Shown in pieces: positions 57,754 through 64,000 of a stretch of DNA of 64,000 bases. A program made the position numbers and the translations under genes. The DNA is taken from assembly GCA_948603215.1 (NCBI GenBank), contig CAPECJ010000002.1, positions 171,805 through 235,804 of the forward strand, in the 5' to 3' direction. Within the stretch, counting starts at the first letter, position 1. Every line of letters begins with the position of its first letter. This DNA is from an uncultured Alistipes sp. (GTDB lineage Bacteria; Bacteroidota; Bacteroidia; Bacteroidales; Rikenellaceae). The notes below the pieces were generated by a model. The model made no database searches, had not been told where the DNA came from, and saw nothing but the letters and a program-made list of their open reading frames with translations.

Positions 57754-60219
57754 ATGAATATTTCGTATAACTGGCTCAAACGTTACATCGATATCGACCT
57801 TCCGGCTGGGGAGGTAGCTCGGATTCTGACCGATATCGGTTTGGAGGTCGAGAGTTTCGAGAAAATCGAAACTGTCAAGGGCGGACTTCAAGGTGTGGTC
57901 GTCGGTGAAGTGAAAACCTGCGTCGATCATCCCGATTCCGACCATCTGCACGTGACTACGGTCGATGTAGGTGCCGATGAACCGTTGCCAATCGTTTGTG
58001 GCGCAGCAAACTGTCGTGCCGGTCTGAAAGTATTGTGTGCTACGGTAGGTGCTGTGCTCTACCCCAACGGCGGAGACGAGGAGTTCAAAATCAAGCGCAG
58101 CAAAATCCGCGGTGTGGAATCGCTCGGTATGCTCTGTGCCGAGGACGAACTGGGTATCGGAGTTTCGCACGACGGAATCATGGAACTTCCGGCCGATGCA
58201 CCCGTCGGAATGCCGGCGAAAGAGTATCTGCATGTCGAGGACGATTATCTGATCGGTATCGGTCTGACACCCAATCGTGTCGATGCGGCATCGCATATCG
58301 GTGTCGCGCGTGATTTGGCCGCCTATTTCCGGAGCCGCGGTAAGGATATTCGGGTGAAATGGCCCGATGTGTCGGCTTTTGCGGTCGACAATCACGCATC
58401 GGAGGTGAAAATCAAGGTTGAAAATTCCGAGGCAGCTCCCCGTTATGTCGGTGTGAGCGTTACGGGTTGTAAAATCGGCCCGTCGCCTGAATGGATGCAG
58501 AATTGTTTGCGGGCTGCAGGCATCAACCCCAAGAACAATCTGGTCGACATCACGAATTTCGTGCTGTTCGAACTCGGGCAGCCGTTGCATGCTTTCGACG
58601 CATCGAAAATCGAAGGACGCGAAATCGTTGTCCGCACGTGTCCCGAGGGCACGCCTTTCGTAACGCTGGATGGTGTGGAGCGAAAGTTGACTGAACGCGA
58701 TCTGATGGTTTGTTCTGCCGAACGACCGATGGCGATTGCCGGTGTATTCGGCGGATTGGATTCGGGCATCAGCGATACGACGACCGATGTATTTATCGAA
58801 AGTGCTTATTTCAATCCCGTGTGGGTGCGCAAGACAGCCAAACGGTTCGGCTTGAATACCGATGCTTCGTTCCGCTTCGAGCGTGGCATCGACCCTAATT
58901 TGCAGGTGTATGCCGCCAAGCGGGCCGCCTTACTGTTCAAAGAATTGGCCGGAGGTACCATTTCGAGCGAGATTACGGATGTGTGTGTCGCTCCGGCGCA
59001 GGATTTCGTCTTCGATATTTCGTTCGCGCGTATTGACGCATTGATCGGAAAACATATCCTCGAGGAGACCGTCCGCACGATTCTCGACGGGCTGGAAGTG
59101 AAAGTGCTTGCCGAGAAAGACGGCGTGCTGACGGTTGCTGTGCCGCCCTATCGGGTCGATGTGCAGCGCGAAGCCGACCTGATCGAAGACATTTTGCGGA
59201 TTTACGGATATAACAATGTCGAGATACCCTTGCAAGTACGTTCGACGCTCTCCTATGCGCAGAAGCCCGACCGCAATGTACTGATGAATACGGCGGCCGA
59301 TTTTCTGACGGCCAACGGCTTTACGGAAATCATGTCCAATTCGCTGACGAAAGGGGCTTATTACGAGGGTTTGACCTCCTACCCTGCCGACCGTTGCGTG
59401 CGGATACTCAATCCGTTGAGTGCCGATTTGAACGTGATGCGCCAAACGTTGTTGTTCAATACGCTGGAAGCAGTTGCGCTTAACGCCAATCGACGCAATG
59501 GCGATCTGAAACTTTACGAGTTCGGCAACTGCTACTATTATGATGCGGCGAAGCGTACGGACGAAGAACCGCTGAATGCTTATTCGGAACAATATCGGCT
59601 GGCTATAGTTATGACCGGTTTGGCCGTACCCGCTTCGTGGAATGCGCAGCCGGTGCAGGCGTCGTTCTTCACGCTGCGGGCGGTAGCCGAAAAACTGTTG
59701 CGTCGATTCGGTGTGGATATTTATGCGTTGCAGACCGAGGAGCTGCAGAACGACTTGTTCAGCGACGGACTTTCGATGTCGATGAACGGCAAGGAGTTCT
59801 TGCAAATCGGAGTTGTGAGTGCGAAAATCCGTCGTCAGTTGGATATCAAGCAGGATGTCTATTTCTTGGAACTGAATTTCGATTCACTCGTGAAGTCGAC
59901 GAAAAAGTCGAAAATCTCGGTCGAAGAACTTTCGAAGTATCCCGAAGTAAAGCGCGATTTAGCGTTGCTCGTCGACAGTAAGGTGACGTTCGCTGCTTTG
60001 CGCGAGGTGGCATTTGCGACGGAGCGCAAATTATTGAAAAGTGTTTCGTTGTTCGATGTTTATGAAGGCGACAAACTGCCCGCCGGAAAGAAGTCCTATG
60101 CGTTGAGCTTCCTGTTGGAGGACAAGAGCCGCACGCTGGATGATAAAACCATCGAACGGATCATGTCCAATCTGACGACGCAGTTCGAACAGAAATGCGG
60201 CGCTACGGTGCGGGCGTGA
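57754..60219 (+). CDS. pheT: Phenylalanine--tRNA ligase beta subunit
   Basis: MNISYNWL, IVCGAAN, TPNRVDA, RFERGID and YPEVKRDLALL motifs. Confidence 0.97.
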   Translation: MNISYNWLKRYIDIDLPAGEVARILTDIGLEVESFEKIETVKGGLQGVVVGEVKTCVDHPDSDHLHVTTVDVGADEPLPIVCGAANCRAGLKVLCATVGAVLYPNGGDEEFKIKRSKIRGVESLGMLCAEDELGIGVSHDGIMELPADAPVGMPAKEYLHVEDDYLIGIGLTPNRVDAASHIGVARDLAAYFRSRGKDIRVKWPDVSAFAVDNHASEVKIKVENSEAAPRYVGVSVTGCKIGPSPEWMQNCLRAAGINPKNNLVDITNFVLFELGQPLHAFDASKIEGREIVVRTCPEGTPFVTLDGVERKLTERDLMVCSAERPMAIAGVFGGLDSGISDTTTDVFIESAYFNPVWVRKTAKRFGLNTDASFRFERGIDPNLQVYAAKRAALLFKELAGGTISSEITDVCVAPAQDFVFDISFARIDALIGKHILEETVRTILDGLEVKVLAEKDGVLTVAVPPYRVDVQREADLIEDILRIYGYNNVEIPLQVRSTLSYAQKPDRNVLMNTAADFLTANGFTEIMSNSLTKGAYYEGLTSYPADRCVRILNPLSADLNVMRQTLLFNTLEAVALNANRRNGDLKLYEFGNCYYYDAAKRTDEEPLNAYSEQYRLAIVMTGLAVPASWNAQPVQASFFTLRAVAEKLLRRFGVDIYALQTEELQNDLFSDGLSMSMNGKEFLQIGVVSAKIRRQLDIKQDVYFLELNFDSLVKSTKKSKISVEELSKYPEVKRDLALLVDSKVTFAALREVAFATERKLLKSVSLFDVYEGDKLPAGKKSYALSFLLEDKSRTLDDKTIERIMSNLTTQFEQKCGATVRA

Positions 60220-61093
60220 TGCAAACCCAGTCGTAGACTGCTTTCGAGATGGCGGCGATGACGGATGCGTTCGTTTCGTCGCTTTCTTTCGAATCGCGGA
60301 TGAACACGGTGATATAATAACGCCGTCCGTCGGGCAAATAGACTACTCCGGCATCGTTGTCACCGATGAGAATGCCTCTCACGGTGCGATCCGAATGACC
60401 GGTTTTGTGACCGAGCCGGATACTTTCGGGTAATCCGGCTTTCAGTTTTTCAGAGCCGGTCGACGTGGCGAGCATGACCTGCTCCAGCAGAGCAAACGAT
60501 TCGGTGCTCAGACCATCTCCGTCATAGACTTTTCGTAACATCCGCACTATCGAGCGGGGCGTACTCCGGTTGTTGTAGCTGCGCTGGATATCCTCGTGCA
60601 TCGTCGCTTCTGTTTCCGAGAGCCGGAATCGCCCGATTCGCAATTTTCGCGCACAACGATCTACGGCCTCGATTCCTCCGGCAAATGCGATGAGCCGGTC
60701 GCAAGTGCAGTTGTCGCTGAGCGATACGGTATAGCGAATCAGTTCCGCAAGTGATAAGCGAACGTTTCGGCTCGGATTCCGGTCGCGCAACGGACTATAT
60801 GTTCCGTACGGCAGCCACGAGGCGTCGAGCGTGATAAGGCTGTTCGGCGAGATGCTTTCTCGCTCCATACGTTGCAAGACCGCGACCGCCACGTGGAATT
60901 TGAATACGCTCATCAACGGATAGCACCGACTGTTGTGCAGCGTGAAGCACCGACCGTCGGATGTTTGTACAGCCACACCGACGGTAGCTTTTTTATCGCG
61001 GACGATATTGCGTATTTCCTGTCGCAGGTCGTTTCGGGCCACAATCGGCATGGTCAATAGCAACAAGACTATTGTAAGCAATCGTCGTTTCAT
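60203..61093 (-). CDS. Class A serine beta-lactamase, subclass A2-like
   Basis: YPLMSVFK (SxxK), TYSPLRD, SDN, ETEATMH (E166-equivalent), STP and HKTG motifs; signal peptide. Confidence 0.9.
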   Translation of the reverse strand: MKRRLLTIVLLLLTMPIVARNDLRQEIRNIVRDKKATVGVAVQTSDGRCFTLHNSRCYPLMSVFKFHVAVAVLQRMERESISPNSLITLDASWLPYGTYSPLRDRNPSRNVRLSLAELIRYTVSLSDNCTCDRLIAFAGGIEAVDRCARKLRIGRFRLSETEATMHEDIQRSYNNRSTPRSIVRMLRKVYDGDGLSTESFALLEQVMLATSTGSEKLKAGLPESIRLGHKTGHSDRTVRGILIGDNDAGVVYLPDGRRYYITVFIRDSKESDETNASVIAAISKAVYDWVCITPAP

Positions 61094-63225
61094 AAAATTG
61101 GTTTGATGCGGGGCGGTTGAATGGTGACGTAAGGAGTGCCGTTGTCGTTGCAGGTTGAAACGATACGCACGCTCTTGATCGGTCGGTCAGGATGCAAAGT
61201 GATGCTGCCTTTTTCCAATTCTCCGGCTCGTTCGAATCGTTCGCCGTCATAGGATACTTCGGCGTAGCCGGTCGTGACGATGGTTTTCGGCAGTTGACGG
61301 TTGCCCGTTTGCAGATACATTTCCCGGCACCGAACCGCATTGGCAAAATCATAACGGATCCAATCCTGCTGTCGGCAGGCACGACGAGTGCGGGACAAAC
61401 CTTTGTATTTTTCGGCGTTGCTGTACGGTGTGCTCGAACTTTCTCCCATCGAGGTGGTGAGCGTAAAAGCGGGCACGATGGTGCGATGATAGGATTTGTC
61501 GGCCACGTAGGGACTGCGAGCCGTGCGATAGCGGGTGAAAAACCGATAGAGATGCGGTTGGTCGGTATGGAGCGGCCGTTTGTAACGGTGCTCGTCGTCG
61601 CTACCCTCCTTTATATAATAGATTTGCGAACCGTCGTCCGTCGCTGCTGTGAACACACCGTCTCGATAGGTTATTTTGGGCGGGAACAGGCGGAACCGGA
61701 TGCCCATAGCAGCCATTCGGTCGTAGTGCTCGTCGACAAGCTCGCGATAGAACGCATCCCATCCCTCGTCGTTGCCGCGCCATGCGATACGGGCCAAAGC
61801 ACAAACGCGCGGGAAACACATATAGTCGAGGTAGTCGGGCTGTTCGGGATGGTGCGAAACGTAGGCTTCGCTGAAAAACGTGCCTTCGAGCCCGACGACG
61901 TGCTGCATCTGTTCTTCGGTGAACCCGAGTTTCGCAAAGTCGAATCCGTAGACTTTTTTTGCATCGAAAATCGCCGCCCAGTCATGGCCGTCCTCTTGGG
62001 GGGTCTGGCGCATGTCGAAATAGAAGTATTCGCCCGGCATAACGACCGTCCGATAGCCTTTTTCGGTAGCATCGAGGTTGGCTTTGACGTGCTGCCAGCC
62101 GTAAACGAGGCAATCGTGGGTGAATTCGCCCGAAGCAGCTGCTTCATTCCATACGCCCGGATGTTTGCCGTGAGCTGCGAGCATCTCCGTGAGGCGGTTC
62201 ATGAAATAATCCTCCAGTTCGCTCGGGACGGTCATTCCTTTTCGGTGCATCAGCCGCCGGCAGTCGGGACAGCGCTTCCATTGCGAGAAATCAACCTCGT
62301 CACCGCCGATATGGATGTATTTCGACGGAAAGAGTTCGCAGATTTCGCCCAAAATGTTGGACAACAATGCGTAGTTTTCCTCGCGAGCCACGCACCAAGC
62401 CGAACGGTAATCGTATCCGTTGGTCGAAACCGTGTCGGGCGGATAGTTGCAACGGATTTCCGGATGAATGGATGCGATGTTGCGGCTGTGGCCGGGCAAA
62501 TCGATTTCGGGGATGATTTCTATATTGCGTACGGCTGCGTAATCGATCAGTTCACGTATCTCCGCTTGCGTGAAATAACCGCCGTATTTTTCGTTCCATT
62601 TGCCGTAGACGGCTCGTACGGGCGAGTCGCCGCCCCGGAATCCGCCGATTTCGGTCAGTTCGGGGTGCGATTTGATTTCGATGCGCCAGCCCTCGTCGTC
62701 GGCCAAGTGGAGGTGCAGTTTGTTGATGCGGTGGTAGGCCAGCAAGTCGATGAACCGTCGGACTGCATCGGGACTTTGCCATGTGCGGGCGACGTCGAGC
62801 ATCATTCCCCGATAGGCAAACCGCGGTCTGTCGGTCAGTATCGTGTCAGTCAGTTCGATGCGTTCCGGACGCTGTTTTGCATAGATTTCGGACGGCATCA
62901 ACCGGAACAGGGCCTGTATCCCGTTGAAGATACCGCCGTAGTCGGCCCCTGCGATGTCGACGCCTGACGGACGCACTTCGAGCCGGAACGCCTCGGACGA
63001 AAGCGTTGTGTCGAGGGTCAACCGGATGGAATTGGTATGTTTGTCCGGTTCTGCCGTTCCGACCGGCAGATAATCGGTGATGTATTCGGCCAACGGTGTG
63101 AGTGCGGGAGGAGAATCCACGCGGGTTGCTGCGGTGATGACGCATCGGGTCGGCAGCGGGCGGGAGCAGGCCGGAATCAAAGAGCAGCATAACAAGGCGA
63201 GCAATGCCGAACAGGTTCGTTTCAT
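61090..63225 (-). CDS. Beta-N-acetylhexosaminidase (GH20), lipoprotein
   Basis: PRFAYRGMMLDVAR, HLADDEGWR, PEIDLPGH and HIGGDE motifs; lipobox IPAC. Confidence 0.93.
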   Translation of the reverse strand: MKRTCSALLALLCCSLIPACSRPLPTRCVITAATRVDSPPALTPLAEYITDYLPVGTAEPDKHTNSIRLTLDTTLSSEAFRLEVRPSGVDIAGADYGGIFNGIQALFRLMPSEIYAKQRPERIELTDTILTDRPRFAYRGMMLDVARTWQSPDAVRRFIDLLAYHRINKLHLHLADDEGWRIEIKSHPELTEIGGFRGGDSPVRAVYGKWNEKYGGYFTQAEIRELIDYAAVRNIEIIPEIDLPGHSRNIASIHPEIRCNYPPDTVSTNGYDYRSAWCVAREENYALLSNILGEICELFPSKYIHIGGDEVDFSQWKRCPDCRRLMHRKGMTVPSELEDYFMNRLTEMLAAHGKHPGVWNEAAASGEFTHDCLVYGWQHVKANLDATEKGYRTVVMPGEYFYFDMRQTPQEDGHDWAAIFDAKKVYGFDFAKLGFTEEQMQHVVGLEGTFFSEAYVSHHPEQPDYLDYMCFPRVCALARIAWRGNDEGWDAFYRELVDEHYDRMAAMGIRFRLFPPKITYRDGVFTAATDDGSQIYYIKEGSDDEHRYKRPLHTDQPHLYRFFTRYRTARSPYVADKSYHRTIVPAFTLTTSMGESSSTPYSNAEKYKGLSRTRRACRQQDWIRYDFANAVRCREMYLQTGNRQLPKTIVTTGYAEVSYDGERFERAGELEKGSITLHPDRPIKSVRIVSTCNDNGTPYVTIQPPRIKPIL

Positions 63226-63276
63226 GCGAAAAGCGATTTGTTTCAGACAAAACTACGCTTTTTCGGGCGAAATTCC

Positions 63277-63284
63277 TAACTTTG
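63277..63284 (+). promoter_or_regulatory. -7 promoter element for mazG
   Basis: TAACTTTG. Confidence 0.55.
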
Positions 63285-63306
63285 TCCGAAAGTTGGCAAA
63301 TACTGT

Positions 63307-64000
63307 ATGGAAGATAAACGTTTGGAAGCGACGGCTCGCTTGTTGGAGGTGATGAACCGATTGCGGCGAGACTGTCCGTGGGACCGCGAACAAACTTTCG
63401 ATTCGTTGCGCAGCAACACGATCGAAGAGACGTTCGAACTGGCCGATGCCATTTCGGACCACAACATGGAGAGTATCAAGGAGGAGCTGGGCGACTTGCT
63501 GTTGCACGTGGTGTTCTACTCGAAACTGGGCGAGGAACAGGGCGCTTTCGATTTTGGCGATGTGGCCAATGCGCTCTGTGACAAGCTGATTTACCGGCAT
63601 CCGCATGTTTATGGCGAGATACATGCCGATACGCCCGATGAGGTGAAAGCGAATTGGGAAGCGCTCAAATTGCGTAAGAAAAACCGCAAGAGCGGCACGT
63701 TGGGCGGTGTTCCGCGGTCGCTACCGGCGATGGTGAAAGCCTATCGCATGGGCGAAAAAGCAGCCGGAGCGGGCTTCGACTGGCAGAAAAAGGAGGATGT
63801 TTGGGACAAGGTGAAAGAGGAGATCGGCGAAGTGGAAGCTGAAATGAAAGCGGGCCGGAAAGAGCCGCTGGAAAGCGAGTTCGGAGACTTGTTCTTTGCT
63901 TTGGTCAATGCCAGCCGGCTTTACGGTGTCGATCCCGAAGCGGCGTTGGATCGGACGAACAAGAAATTCATCCGACGCTTCAATTACATGGAACAACAGG
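63307..64000 (+). CDS. mazG: Nucleoside triphosphate pyrophosphohydrolase MazG (3' end beyond the window)
   Basis: My own translation: MEDKRLEATARLLEVMNRLRRDCPWDREQTF...EELGDLLLHVVF...KLIYRHPHV...EFGDLFFALVN. Absent from the ORF track because it has no stop in the window. Confidence 0.93.
   Translation, partial: MEDKRLEATARLLEVMNRLRRDCPWDREQTFDSLRSNTIEETFELADAISDHNMESIKEELGDLLLHVVFYSKLGEEQGAFDFGDVANALCDKLIYRHPHVYGEIHADTPDEVKANWEALKLRKKNRKSGTLGGVPRSLPAMVKAYRMGEKAAGAGFDWQKKEDVWDKVKEEIGEVEAEMKAGRKEPLESEFGDLFFALVNASRLYGVDPEAALDRTNKKFIRRFNYMEQQ

Overview
This is a chromosomal segment of a Bacteroidota bacterium, most likely Rikenellaceae/Alistipes-like. That assignment is inferred from gene content, the recurrent TAnnTTTG -7 promoter motif and lipoprotein signal peptides. 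It is densely coding and mostly housekeeping: uvrA, lepB-dapB, truA, lpdA, ddl-nadD-gmk-yicC, serC-serA-DUF1015, a four-subunit 2-oxoacid:ferredoxin oxidoreductase operon, fmt, ribBA, mtaB, trkH, nfeD-floA, cobB, PPi-type PFK, lepA, pheT, a partial mazG, tRNA-Pro(CGG) and tRNA-Gly(CCC). I saw no integrase, transposase, CRISPR array or prophage. The most interesting accessory elements are: (1) a two-gene radical SAM/SPASM + small lipoprotein operon whose lipoprotein carries an M-Y-G motif typical of tyramine-excising 'splicease' substrates (47333-48686); (2) a two-lipoprotein HExxHxxGxxH metallopeptidase/beta-propeller module with an in-frame G9 tract in its signal peptide, which also breaks the window-wide CCWGG avoidance (10878-14114); (3) a ~300-nt leader with a 119-nt strand-specific hairpin upstream of a small lipoprotein gene (30107-30423); and (4) a subclass A2-like beta-lactamase coupled to a GH20 hexosaminidase (60203-63225). 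All product calls come from motifs I recognised in the translations, not from database searches. Where the ORF track's first start looked too far upstream, I reassigned the start by eye.
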